NCBI GenBank assembly: GCA_964658305.1
Contig: OZ210885.1
Coordinates: 24,118,001 to 24,182,000, forward strand
Direction: 5' to 3'
Source: Leptogorgia sarmentosa
Taxonomy: Eukaryota
Length of the DNA stretch: 64,000 nt
The position numbers and the translations under genes are program-made. How positions within the stretch are numbered: the first letter of the stretch is position 1; each line of letters opens with the position of its first letter. The notes beneath the pieces were generated by a model, which saw only the letters and a list, made by a program, of their open reading frames with translations, did no database searches and was not told where the DNA came from. Shown here piece after piece: positions 26,740 to 39,400 of this stretch.

Positions 26740-26903
26740 TAGGACACCATAGCTGATAAATTAAATGACATGGGAGAAAAATATATGGTTGATCAAAGAT
26801 CTGTGAGAGATCGAGTTTCAAAACTGGAAAAAAATCATAAGAGGAAGATGGCTGAAGAGAAAAATGCATCTGGTATTAGTCCTGAATTTTCAGAATTTGA
26901 AGA
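26740..26903 (+). pseudogene. Myb/SANT-like (trihelix) fragment, Harbinger accessory-protein type
   Basis: *DTIADKLN...VDQRSVRDRVSKL..HKRKMAEEKNASGI. Confidence 0.55.
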
Positions 26904-28003
26904 GTAGTGGTGTAGCCAGAATGATAATTGGGGGCCCCCATATTCATATATTTGTGTTCACATACCATAAAAAGCCAGGTAAAGAGATGAGATCAGAGGC
27001 AGAAATGCATGTTTCAAGCAATAAAGCATGTTTGAGCAAATCCAGCAGCAAAATAAACTTTTATTGGAACTTATAAATATGAAGACAAAGAATTAAGATG
27101 TTGAATCATATTTTTATATATTTAACATTAATTAATCAATTCCTTATTTACGATGTATATAAAATTTATCATTATATGTACATTTAATTATTTATTTATT
27201 TACACCTTAACTTATTGTAAACAGTATGTTGAACATTTATTTAACACACGGTGGGGATTTTTTCCTGCAGAAACACTCACTTGTCACCAGTCTTCTAATG
27301 AGTTTTCTAGCTCTCGGTCATAAATTTTGCACAGCGAAGACGAAATCGTTTTTTCGGCACAATACGATCGTTGGCATCTTTCCCGCCGTGTCTCTTCGTT
27401 TTGGCCATGTTTTGTTGAAAAAATAGAGAATGGCAAGCATTTATATTGTTCATGGTGCAGTCCGAAGTTGGTATTTGGCTCTGGTAAATCTTATATATTT
27501 ATGAGTTTTCAAGGTATGTGGGCTTCTATTTTAAAATATAAAACGAGAGCTTTATCTGGGATTAATGTGATGCATTATTCATGAGTGGTTTGTTTCATGC
27601 CAGGAAATTGTACGAGCGAATATCTTACAGTTGGTTGTACAAGAAATATGCCGAAGTTAACACACTTTGATATCGGCGCATGGGCGCGAGAGAAAAAGCA
27701 AAAAAAGCAAGAAATCGTGGAGAAGAACAGCACTATAGTAAACTTGAATGAGGAGATAAGTTCACAAGAAAGCAAAATTAGAGATCTGAAGTGAAAGGTA
27801 CTTGTATAGCCTGACTTTTTATCTGCTTTATTTACAGTACATTTGTATGGTCATACCAATCAGTGTGAAATGCCTACAGATATGAATACAAATATATAAC
27901 ATCGCCAACTTTGCCAGTCATGTGTCGGACATGCTGTAAAGCGGTTATTGCCATTAATACAGCCCGCAAACTGCCCGCTAATTTCTCGCGAGCGTGTTTC
28001 AAT

Positions 28004-31000
28004 ATGGCGGCAAAAAGAAATGGAAATGACAGTTACAAGCAACTGAACAACATTTCTTCAGTGATGTTGTATCACACAGCACCGAAAAGAAGGAAAAAGA
28101 TACTTCCCAAGACCTATATCGTCGAAAGAATCATTTCAATGCGACGAACAAAATATGTAAGTGAAAATTTCACGGTGTTACAGCTTCTAATCAGTTAATT
28201 TCTAATATCTTAAGTTAACACGGACTGTAAATTTAAAGGATGATGAGTTTCTGATCAAATGGAGTGGCTGGCCTTTAAGCAGCTGTACATGGGAACCTTC
28301 AGATCATCTTAGCGAAGAGTTAATAAGGTATGTAAAGTAGATGCTGATGCATATTTGTTTATATACGATTACACAGCCAAAAACGCTCCACTTGCTTGTT
28401 GACAACTTTCATCAGGCCTGTTATCAAGCCGTGTCAGTATATGTGTTCACATGGCTTGCATCAGCTTGATGATAACAAGCCTGATGGAAGTTGCATGTCA
28501 TCAAGCTTGTTGCAAGTTGTTGAGAACAGACTTGAGTCAACAAGCTTGATGCAAGGTGATACATCAACTTGCAACAAGTCTGCAGATGACAAGTTGCAAC
28601 AAGCTTGATTTTAACAGGCTTGTTGCAAGTTGATGATATTGACAAGCTTGTTGCAACTTGTCGACAAGGTTTTGGCTGTGTATGCTACCAACATGTTGTG
28701 TCAAACAGAGCTGTAGGTTACAATCTACTTTAATATTCTGGTACATAGTAAGGAATTTGCTAGCCATCACCTGTACCTAACCCCTACCATAGGAGTAGAA
28801 TGTTAGCATTAATTTTTGTTCCATGTCGAACATGGAACTGCTTAACAATACTTATTGAATATTATTATATCATTTAGAAGTTACAAAACGCCTTCAATGC
28901 CTTGCCGTGAAAGGTTAGAAGCTGCAAGCAGGCAATTTTATCTGGGGGTCCTAACAAAGCTGAGATCCAAGTCAACTGCACCTACGTATATCCCCATGGA
29001 CTTAGATATATGGCGCTATATCATCCATGGGAAAGGCACAGATTCAAATCATAAAGGGTTTTTGCTGTATGTCATTGACGACATGTGCCGTATGCAACTT
29101 CCTGAGCATTGGTGGTACACCCTTAATTCTCATGGAGAAGGAAAGGCAATAGTGCAATTTAAAGTGAAACCAATTTTAAGTTGGACACCAACCAGCAAAT
29201 AATTAGGGATGGCATATTAACACTTGCACCCAAAATGCCCATTGAAAAAATATGCATCGATATTATAACTCGTCCATGTAATGTAAATACAGTCGAACCT
29301 CCCGTAAGCGGACACCTTCGGGACCTAGTCATGGTGTCCGCTTACGGGAGGTGTCCGCTTAGGAGAGGTCCATTAATATTAAGTTAATATTCAACCGTAT
29401 TGCGATATAGTATATATTATATGACATTTCATCAAACTCTAAAGTATGTACAAACTTAAATGAACGAAACAAATTGTCAATGTCTTTATCATGTAACCAA
29501 GTAAAGCATGCTAGCTATTTAGTAATTTAGGAATTTAAAGAATACACAGTCATTTCAAATATACATATCCTAACATGGTTTAAAGAAGTTTGTAATGTGC
29601 GTTTGCTTTTGTCCTGCCAAGCGGACATCTGTTAAAATGTCACTGACATGCAACAAGGCTTGGGAAAGATCCTCATTTCCTATAAAATTGGCAAAGTCGA
29701 GAAGATCCTCGGCAACTTTAAGGGCATTCACAGCTGTTTTGATCTCTGGTTCTTTCAATGGTGCATTGAATTCTTCGTCCGTGTGTTCGCTGAGGTCAAC
29801 CAGAGCACACGTTTTATCTAACTTCGGCAACTTCTCACTTCGCCCATCAGTTCCACTCAAAAGTTCACTTCTAATCTCCTCACGCCAGTTGGGATCTCCG
29901 GAATCAATTAATTCTGCGCAATATGGTACATAATCATCGGCGTCAATGTATCGTGTCGCAGAACATTCACTTGAGATTTTCGAACAAAGTTGCTCTAAAT
30001 TCATTATCTCCTCCCCTTCAAATGGGTCATCGTCGTTGTCATCATTGATATCTTCTGGATACAATCCAACTTTGGCAAAGCACTTCTTGATAGTTTCAGG
30101 TGGAATTTCATCCCATGCTTGCTTGCCCCAATGAATCGCCTGAAGTAGATTGACTGATTTCACGATCTCACTCGCCGTTTCTTGACCCACTTTACTACAC
30201 ACATATCGTAACAGCTTTCTTCTAGTCTTCACTTTCCATACTTTAATAATTCCAGCATCAAGATGCTGCGTTTTAGATGTTGTATTTTTTGGCAGGAAAA
30301 CAATGTTAATGTTCGAAAACTTATCCTTGAGATCAGAAGGATGACATGGCGCATTATCGAGGAATAGAACGATTGAACGGCCTTGCTTTCTCACTCGCGT
30401 ATTTAATTTCTCTAACACTTTCACCATGATTTCAGTCTTCATCCATGCCTTCTTGTTTGCATAATAACGGCATTTGTGGGGTTGCGATTTATCTTTCAAA
30501 TGCTTGAAACAACGTGGGTTTTGACTATTGCCAATTACAATTGGTTTCTCTTTTCCACCAGCTGCGTTTACAAAAAATGCCCATGTGCATCTTTGCTTCG
30601 CCTTTTTGCCGCCTCGACATCTTTTTCCAGCTTCGGAAAGACTTTTATCTGGCAGGGCTTTCCAGAACTGTGCAGTCTCATCCATATTCCAAACATCTTC
30701 AGGTGCATATCCTTTTGATAGCTCTTTAGTGCGTTCTTGCCAGCTTTCAAGTGTGGTTTCGTCCACATCGCCATCTTCCCCAGCGAGCCTCATCTCTTTG
30801 ATGTTGTACCTTCTTTTCCACTTTTCTAACCATCCATTTGAACCCTGAAAGGCACTATCGCCAAGTCTTTCAGCCATGAGTTTTGCTTCTTCTTGTAGCA
30901 TGGGCCCACTCACAGGAACGTTGGATTCTCTACAGCGATTATACCATGCCCACAAATAGTCATTTATCTCTGAGAATTTCTGTGCATTTTTTCTCTTTCG

Positions 31001-34000
31001 AATGGTCTGATTTTCAACGGATTGTATCTCATTAAGGATTAATTCTTTGTTCTTAATAATCTTGCATACTTGAGTTCGCCCACAACCGAATTTCTCCGCA
31101 ATTCTCCTTACGCCTAAACCGGGGTGCTCTTCATGGTACTTGATAACTTCAGCTTTCTCATCAAGATTCAGGCAAGTGCGAGGTTTGGAGCAGCTAATAT
31201 CACCGCGTTTACTCGTGTTCTCGTTATATCTTTGTTGATAGACATTTGGCTGTTCCTTAGCAGATACTTTCTCGTCATATTTTTCATAACATTCTTGACA
31301 AAAAGCCACTTGTGAACCTGCTTTCCATCCCTTTACAGTTTCTGGGGCAAAACGGGAGCAAGACAATGTTTTGTTGCAAACCGGTTCCTGACAATTGATA
31401 CACACATAGGATGTATTTGTCGCGCAAATTTTGCAAGCCATGCTCAAATTTTGCAGTGTGTTCACTTTGACTATAGCCTAAATACTAAAATATCCGATGT
31501 AGCCAAACTGTTGATATCAACTAAAAATGTCGGTGACAATCTTATCTCTCACATTTTAATCAGGTAAAACATGATAAGAATTCTATCAGCAGTTGTCTCC
31601 TTTTACGATCTTGTATGGTAACAGTCTAATGTTAGCTATTAAAATTTAAAATGGAGACTTGTAAAGTAAAATTCAAAAATTAAACGAGACTTACCTTAAG
31701 TCGAAGTTTGATTGGAATTCTTACTCGTCACCAGTCTTAGTCACTACGGAGTTCCATGAGACTTGAAAGTGCTGGTGACGCGATGAATTAAATGTATAGG
31801 TACCGTAGTAACCCAACTTAACCAACACTTTGGTGCTGATATAGCGTTTGCCATGTATTTATTATGGTTATAACATACAGTGTTAATCAACTAACAATTT
31901 GAACTCAAGTTACCAGTGTAACGATGGACTGATAACATAGTATCATTCATAGAGTACTTTGATAATGTTCTAGAATGTTTGTACCAAAGTTCCTTGTTAT
32001 TGGCTTTTTATAGTGCTTCGCAAAGGTTTGTGCATTGGACCAACCACCTGCTTTCAATATTTCTTGCAGTGTCAACCCGGCAGTCACTCCATAAGAGGTG
32101 GATGCTGGTCTGGCACTGTTTCCTGAGAATGTAGTCACGTCGATACCTGCATCTTTCAGAACAGATTTAACCCACTTACTGATTGTGCTGCTACAAACTG
32201 GTCTGTGAGGTTTAATGTAGCTGATCAGTAATTTCGAAAATTCGCCGCGCATAGTGGCAGTTCTTTCCAAGTAGTTTTTTAAATGGGATACGACACATAA
32301 ATTTGCATTCGTATTATAAGCTTCCAGATTAACCGGTTCAAGATGCTTACCGGGCTTCGTGGTTTTTAATTTCTCTGGGATGGTAAATATGTATTTGTCC
32401 CCTGCCTCTTGCATACACTTTGTGTCCAACATGGTAAGGGTTTGGCAGCGCTGTCCTGTTAGCAAGCTAAGTATGGTAGTCAGCTTTTTAGTGAGCGTTT
32501 TTAGATCCAGTCCAGAAGCTGGGCCCAATGAGTCCAGATAGTTGAGAACTACTCCAACGTCCCAGACATGGGAGTACTTTGGCAGGGAAGGTTTAAGCTG
32601 GAAAACCCCCTTCAACAATCTTACCACAAGAGGATGAGTTCCAAAACTACCATGATCTGAAGTATGAATTACTGTGGACAAGGCTGAGCGGGCAGTGTTG
32701 ATCGCACTGTATCCCAGACCATCGTGATGAAGCGACGCGAGGAAATCTATGCCCGTGTCAACCAAAGCAGTTGCGGGGTTAATATCTCGTTCTTTACAGA
32801 AAAGTTCCCAGCGAGAGAGGTAGGATTGATATTGTTTGCCAGTGCCGTTACGCCATGAAGCCATGATGATATCTTTTGCTAGGGGTCCAAGGTTTGTGTT
32901 TTTGTCAAGCCTGTTGCGGACAAGTGGCAAACCAGAAGAGATAATTTTTTGTGGAGGGGGTGGGTGTTCAGTGGTTGATTGGGCAGGTAAAGTAGATTTG
33001 CGCTTGGTTTGAGCAACACTGTTCTTTGCTTTGCCATATCCATTGCCTTGGGGAACCATGCCTGCGTTGGCCAGTTTGGCAGTACACAGATCCCGCTGGC
33101 CTTGTCTTCCTCAATTTTCTTTAATACCAGAGGTATCAAGCTAAATGGTGGGAATCATAGAAATTATGTCGTGACCAGTCAATTGTGAATGCATCAATTG
33201 CTACTGCTCCTGGATCTGGTCTATAAGCGACATATCGAGGAAATTGTGCATTGATTCTACTTGCAAAAATGTCAATGTCTGGTGTGAATCCAAGAGTCTT
33301 AAGAGCGTCAAATAGGATGTCTTTGTCAAGCATCCATTCAAGTTCTGATCTATTTCTCCTAGATTCACAGTCCGCTTCGGTATTTGATTTACCCGCTATG
33401 TGCGCCGCACTAATCCATATGTTACGCAAGATACACCAGTCCCAAATCTTTTTGCATAGGGTATTTAGTGGGCATGAATGACTAGTGCCCATATGATTGA
33501 GAACAGCTACAGCTGTGCTATTATCAATCATTAGCCTTACATGTGTATCATGATGATGTTGAAAATAAGCTTGTAATCCCAGAAAAACTGCTAGAAGTTC
33601 TAAGTAGTTTATATGGGACTGCTTCTCTTGTGCAGACCACAGACCTCCTGTGGAGCTATGCAGCACCACAGCCCCCCAACCTTCATTGGATGCATCTGTA
33701 GTTAGGGTATGAAAGGGGCTAGCCCTTGATATGCTATTTTTAGCATCTAGAACATGGGTAGTCCACCATGTTAACTCCTCTTTAGCTGCTAGCGATAGGG
33801 TCATATGCTTATCAAAGTTCCAATGGCTATTTTGTAATGCATTGGTTTTATCATATTCTAAATGACGATAGTGCAATGGCTCACACATGACCCCAGGAAA
33901 CGAGGAGACAATTTTGCCAATTCCACGAGCCACTTCCCTAATAGTGGGTGAGGGATTCTCCAACAACTCCTGGCAAGTATCAACTAGCTTTAAAGCTTTC

Positions 34001-36281
34001 CTTTGCGCTAAGGTAATCGTCATCTCAACTGAGTTTATAACAAACCCAAGGATCTCTAACTGTTGGGTAGGGTTGAAGGCCGATTTTGTTGGGTGGGCGA
34101 TGAGGCCCAGAGAATCAAATTGGATAACGGTATCAATGAGGTTTGAGGGCGGGTTTCAGTTTTTCCCGCCTTAACTGAGATAACTCTGAGACGGCATGGC
34201 CTAAGAGGGCGAGGGTGTCAATGCTATTTGCGAGCATGTGGTTCACGATTTCCTTTGTTGGGGTTTTGTTAGTTGTTTTTAGTGCTAAAAGCTCATTTGC
34301 ACTTGACAGGTTGGCGAACGTCGCCTTCTGTAAGCCCTGTTGTATATTGGCAATGCGGAGATCAGCCTTCCTCTCAGAGGCGTTCAATGAACGCCAGATT
34401 TCCGGGTTGACTCGCGTTACGTTAACGACTGAGCAGTTCTCAGGCTGAAGATGCTTAGCGAGGATCGCTGCAAGCTTATCCTGGTTGAGTCTAACTCCCC
34501 ACCATTTATTCATGATATCAGCCAATTGCTGATTAACGGAGGTCCCCTTTTCCTCCTCATCGTTTAGGGCCGCTTCAAGTTCTTTCAGTAACTCGTCTTC
34601 GCCATTTTGGTCATTGGCGTTGTTTCGTTCGCTTGTCTGACCCGGTGGGTCGTCAAGCAGCTGCCGTATGTCCTCATCAGAGGCTGTGACACTTATACTG
34701 TCACCATCTGCAGCTCTCGTCCTTTTCACCGGTGGTTCACTGGACGACAAACCCTCGTCTGAGTCCGAGGTAGAGTGCTCGCTAATATGTCTTCTTCTTG
34801 GCGCCTTCGCGCGCTGTGTTTCCCCACTAGAGTCGCCAATCGGCAAATGCTCCGCTATTTTGCCGAGGAATTCGTACATTTGGTGTAGCATGGCAGACTG
34901 GGTGAGTTGAGGTTCACCCGGTGGGTTTTCCTCATCGCCCGGTGGGCTCTCTGTTATATTATTTGGCGTTTGTGTGCCGGTGGCACCGCCAACAGTCTCA
35001 TCTGCAGTTGTATTCGTGGTCGCCATATTCTGAGTTGTATATTCGCCTGTAAACAAAATACGGGACGGAGACCTGTTTGTAAAAAGGAAATAAACAGCAC
35101 AAGTGGTTTCCCACAATTTTGAAGTTTGTACTTACGATGTTACCGTCCAGGATAGACTCTAGTTTTAGTTTTAGTAGTAGATTTGCAATGTAAATTAAGG
35201 AGAATACAAGATACACACCGATCGACTGAAAGGCACTCATGCAAATTGACTGAATACGCATGCGCATGCTTCTCATGGAACTCCGTAGTGACTAAGACTG
35301 GTGACGAGATAGAATCATTCATACGTGGCTACCATGAGTACATGGATATTTGGGGGCCAAAAACGGGCGAGGAATACGAGTTGAAACGGGAACCAGAAAA
35401 TAAAAAAGATGCTGACGCTGTGGCCATTGTTATTCCGGCGAAAGAAAATAAACCCAGGGTATCTCCCAACACTTGTGATGAAACTGTAATTGTCGTCGGT
35501 CACATCCCGAAAAATATGGCACTAGCGTAAGCAAGTTTCTAAAACGCGCTTCTAATTCCGGCAAAGTTACAATAAAAGGAAAACGGATAAACCGTGGGGC
35601 AGGTTATGGGCTTGAGATTCCGTGTGTTTACACATTCTGTGGTGACCACTTTTCCTCAAGTTAGTTGCAAAGGAAAATAAACAAAGCAGGCTACAGTTTG
35701 TTAACTGATAAATAATGAACATCATTATGCAGATTGCAGCACCGACGCACAAGACACAGTTAAATTATGGACAATCGCATATGCAATACCAATAATTTAG
35801 TGTTAGTGTTAAACTACTCTTATTACTTTTTACTTCTTGGTGTTTTATTGACATAAGGTCTAACTTAAAAATTCTTAAATAAATATCCTATTATTCCCAT
35901 TAGCCCTGTCATTACTTAAATTTTTCATTAGATGAAATCGATTTTTAACGTCCTGAGTGTACAACATGTTCTTTTTGTCAATAACAAACAGATGTTTATA
36001 TTTAGCCGCCGGACATAATCTGATAAAAAGTATGTCAATGGAAGCAGAATGCAAACTGTCCGCTTACAGGAGGTTATAATGTCATTTGGGATTTTGTTTT
36101 GGTGTCCGCGTCCGCTTACGAGAGGTGTCCGCTTCCGCTTACGAGAGGTGTCCGCTTACGAGAGGTGTCCGCTTAGGAGAGGTCGTAAATATAGTAATTT
36201 AATAGAGGTTTGGCCGGGACCTAAGAATGGTGTCCGCTTATGAGAGGTGTCCGCAAGGAGAGGTTCGACTGTAACTTGTAG
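28004..36281 (+). CDS. Spliced chromodomain protein (exons 28004-28156, 28239-28327, 28878-29289 + 36274-36281); frameshift ~29195, pogo inserted in last codons
   Basis: Phase-compatible GT-AG junctions give TYIVERIISMRRTKY|DDEFLIKWSGWPLSSCTWEPSDHL, a chromodomain with aromatic cage Y/W/W. Confidence 0.75.
28372..28680. mobile_element. TA-flanked CACAG-ended MITE rich in CAAGCTTG (other copies 36835-37090 and partial 38058-38213)
   Basis: TA|CACAGCCAAAA ... TTTTGGCTGTG|TA; three related copies. Confidence 0.75.
29570..31465 (-). CDS. pogo/Tigger transposase (Cys-rich N-terminus, Psq and CENP-B HTH, DDE_1)
   Basis: 631-aa open ORF; FQGSNGWLEKWKRR, WNMDET, LFLDNAPCH, FLPKNTTS..QHLDAGII. Confidence 0.92.
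   Translation of the reverse strand: MNTLQNLSMACKICATNTSYVCINCQEPVCNKTLSCSRFAPETVKGWKAGSQVAFCQECYEKYDEKVSAKEQPNVYQQRYNENTSKRGDISCSKPRTCLNLDEKAEVIKYHEEHPGLGVRRIAEKFGCGRTQVCKIIKNKELILNEIQSVENQTIRKRKNAQKFSEINDYLWAWYNRCRESNVPVSGPMLQEEAKLMAERLGDSAFQGSNGWLEKWKRRYNIKEMRLAGEDGDVDETTLESWQERTKELSKGYAPEDVWNMDETAQFWKALPDKSLSEAGKRCRGGKKAKQRCTWAFFVNAAGGKEKPIVIGNSQNPRCFKHLKDKSQPHKCRYYANKKAWMKTEIMVKVLEKLNTRVRKQGRSIVLFLDNAPCHPSDLKDKFSNINIVFLPKNTTSKTQHLDAGIIKVWKVKTRRKLLRYVCSKVGQETASEIVKSVNLLQAIHWGKQAWDEIPPETIKKCFAKVGLYPEDINDDNDDDPFEGEEIMNLEQLCSKISSECSATRYIDADDYVPYCAELIDSGDPNWREEIRSELLSGTDGRSEKLPKLDKTCALVDLSEHTDEEFNAPLKEPEIKTAVNALKVAEDLLDFANFIGNEDLSQALLHVSDILTDVRLAGQKQTHITNFFKPC
31673..35315 (-). mobile_element. 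DIRS retrotransposon with internal RT deletion
   Basis: gag 34133-35116, RT tail/RNase H 33136-34130 (TTDASNEGWG, HINYLELLAV, IDNSTAV), MTase-like 32879-33139, YR 31947-33059. Inverted termini ~31724-31761 / 35271-35308. Confidence 0.9.
31947..33059 (-). CDS. DIRS tyrosine recombinase
   Basis: TGQRCQT, NSAR (HxxR His replaced by Asn), GGWS..TFAKHY; paralogous to 3779-4789. Confidence 0.85.
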   Translation of the reverse strand: MVPQGNGYGKAKNSVAQTKRKSTLPAQSTTEHPPPPQKIISSGLPLVRNRLDKNTNLGPLAKDIIMASWRNGTGKQYQSYLSRWELFCKERDINPATALVDTGIDFLASLHHDGLGYSAINTARSALSTVIHTSDHGSFGTHPLVVRLLKGVFQLKPSLPKYSHVWDVGVVLNYLDSLGPASGLDLKTLTKKLTTILSLLTGQRCQTLTMLDTKCMQEAGDKYIFTIPEKLKTTKPGKHLEPVNLEAYNTNANLCVVSHLKNYLERTATMRGEFSKLLISYIKPHRPVCSSTISKWVKSVLKDAGIDVTTFSGNSARPASTSYGVTAGLTLQEILKAGGWSNAQTFAKHYKKPITRNFGTNILEHYQSTL

Positions 36282-36406
36282 TGCCAAATATATATAATAA
36301 AATAGTTATACATAGAAATGAATAAGTGATATTTATCATACTATATACATATAAATAAACTGTGCTTATGAACATAGCACATGAAGTGAAACTGGCAAGT
36401 CCAGTT

Positions 36407-39400
36407 TTATTCTGCCTCACTAGGATTTTTTAATGCAATATTGAACATTTCTTGCAGCCGCTTAACATTTTGTACACGTGTTTTGACACCTAACCCTCTC
36501 AGGCCCTCTCGGAGCTCTGTAGGTGACATGTTCTCAGCATTTGGTACATTGCTGTCATTCACATTGGTGTTCACTTGTCTCTCATCATCCATTCTGCGCT
36601 TTTGCTTTGTTCTTTTCTCCATTAAATCATGTTCCCAGTATTGTGCGCTTCTCTTCTGGTAGGTCCTGGGTGTTCTTTGAAGTTGTGACAACCATTCCAC
36701 TCTTTTTGCCACAAGGAGCACATCTCGAGTAGCATCCCACTTGTTGAGATGCACCCTTCTGCATTCATCATTGTTTTTTTCGATGCCTTTATTTAAAAAG
36801 GATTTAAGAAATATACATTATACATACTGTAGTACACAGCCAAAAACGTGCCACTTGCAACAAGCTTGTTGACAACTTGCATCAGGCTTGTTATCAAGCC
36901 ATATCAGGATGCGTTCGCATGGCTTGCATCGACTTGATGATAACAAGCCTGATGCAAGTTGTTAACAAGCTTGTTGCAAGTTGTTGAGAACAAACTTGAG
37001 TTAACAAGCTTGATGCAAGTAGATTCTTCAACTTGCAACAAGTTGTCAATTTCATCAACTTGCAACAAGCCTGTGGTGTTTTTGGCTGTGTATATTATAT
37101 TCCACTTTATTAAAAAATAATGTATATTTATTCTGTGTGCTTGTAATACCCACCTTGGCCTGTGAGTTTTTTTATGCCACTGTGTTTTCTCATGAAGGTG
37201 GGTGCATGGTATACCATTGCATGCATATATGGCGTGACATTGGACTTGCGATATCCATCACACACTCCACCAAGAGAAGTAAATAGTTCTATCCATTTCC
37301 TCGCCTGAAAATATGTCAAACAACAGAGGTACATGAAAAACACTATTTAACAAATGTGTAACTATTCTAGGCATTTAATGTACTAGTAATACATATTACA
37401 TACATGCACAAACCTTTTGAAAGTAATTAGCAATGAAATCATCAGATGGCTCTTGTTTGTTCAATAGTGTGTATAGTTCCGAGAAATTCTGCAATTATAA
37501 AATTGAGAAATACATAGAATTATACTTCCTAATGAACTCAAATCCACTCGATTAATCTACATGAATTGTAATAAGGTGGGTACGGGCACAAGTAAATTAA
37601 CAACTAACCTTCCAGATATTTATAACTCTCTCACTATAATCTGGCTTAACAACGCCCTCTAATTTTTGTGGGAGACTTTTCAGCAGAAGTTTCTTGTCAG
37701 TTCCCATCAGGCTAGTAAAATCATAGGTGCCATCTGCTCCACCATCCGCATTTTTCTTTTCCCATACTTTGAAACTGACTCCACAGCTGTTTATAGCGGC
37801 AATTAATGAGTCAAGATGAAAATTTGTTCTTTCACTTGGGTTTGTTAAAGTTCTCTGATTTATCCCAGTTTATTGCTGCCATCACAAGATTCTTAGTCAA
37901 GACATCTGTGAAGATCAATGTTTACTGGTTGAATAACACAACTAACAAATTTTCCTAGTTGTCTAGGGGCTAGCTTCTAGTGAAAAGGAAAAACTGGTGT
38001 ATCCTGGGAAAACCCCTTGATTAATTAATTCTCACATTTTATTGGAGAAATGTTAAAATCAAGCTTGTTGCAACTTGTCATCTGCAGACTTGTTGCAAGT
38101 TGATAAATCAACTTGCATCAGGCTTGTTATCATCAAGCTCATGCAAGCCATGCCAACACAGCCTGATGCAAGTTGTCAACAAGCTAGTTGCAAGTGGGGC
38201 ATTTTTGGCTGTGTAGCAGCTAATGATTTATTGAATAAATTCACTTTTTGACATTTCAGTCTTAAGCATGTAACTAGTTTATATTCCTCATGAATGTTTA
38301 AGGTGTTATCAAGTTACCTGTGATCCTCAGCATCAGATGTAATTCATCAAGGACAATATTATCTAATGGAACATTGAGCAAAGGCTGGTGAACGCAAGAG
38401 CAACTTTGCTTTAAGGCACATTTTCGAATCTCTTCCAGTGTCCTGGCGATTGGTTTTTCAGAGTAATAGTTCTCTGGCTTCGACATGTCAAATCTAGCAA
38501 ACAGTACAGTATCTTTAATCAGTGTCATCTATATTATGTCAGGAGAGGGGGGTGGTGTATTTAATACTTGAATTGATGAGATATTTTTGTATTCAATTCA
38601 CTACCTGTTGTTTTTGTGAATGGTGCACCAGATGCATGAATGGTCCGATGTTGCAGTTTTCATCCCCATGATTAGAAGAAGAAACTAAAATATTTTTGTA
38701 TTTTTAACATTCCATCACCAATTGATAGGAAAATTGATTTGAAATGCAAGCTTTATTACCTTATAGTCACCACCAACGAATATCTCAACTGGGACATCAA
38801 TGTCATCCACTTTGATATGTCCTTGCTTAATTATATCATTTAATGTAGAAAATATAGCAGAAAAGGAATTTTTCAACAAGCCATAACTTTCTTGCCCTTT
38901 CACAATACCAATAGTGTGGCTGCCTGAAATAGGAAAATGCACATGTCCAATTAATTTACAAGATGGACATCGTCAATGAGATCGGCTAACCAGTACAGGC
39001 CAATGAATGCATTTATAGAAAGTATAATTCTGACTATCACCCATTAATAATACCCTTGTCCCCTGATACATTATTTTCCAAACATGAACCTGCTGTCTCG
39101 CTATATATAACTTATACTTTAATTCAGGACAAAAATACCTTTTGATGACATCACATCATCAGAATCCATCAGCGAGAATGACATGATCACAAAGCTTGTT
39201 ATACGGGTCATTTGTGCCCCATCCCCGCTGATCTTGACTTTTACTTTGCCAACTCTGTTTTGGTTAAACTGCTTTAAGTCAACCTGGACAGGATTTATAA
39301 TTAATTAGTGTTATAAAACAGGGTACAAATAGGTTTTAAAGAAAATTGATTCCTATATCAATTTTTTCATATAGGTTAAAAAAGATAACTTGCCTTTTTC

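Larger units (their letters stand above)
31651..35710 (+). pseudogene. HIRAN-domain ORF split by a DIRS insertion (31651-31672 + 35316-~35710)
   Basis: Joining gives METCKVKSFIRGYHEY..W......ELKREPENKKDADAVAIV...VGHIP...KRINRGAGYGLEIPCVY; frameshift ~35528. Confidence 0.75.
29290..36271 (-). mobile_element. pogo/Tigger DNA transposon carrying transposase + HIRAN ORF
   Basis: TA|CAGTCGAACCTC ... GAGGTTCGACTG|TA; subterminal GAGGTGTCCGCTTA repeats at both ends. Confidence 0.9.

Noticed and set aside
31947..33059. Prophage or phage integrase
   Set aside because: Overlaps RNase H/MTase ORFs with DIRS-type inverted termini in a eukaryotic context.
36050..36260. CRISPR-like repeats GAGGTGTCCGCTTA
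   Set aside because: No unique spacers and no cas genes; these are pogo subterminal repeats, also seen at the left end.
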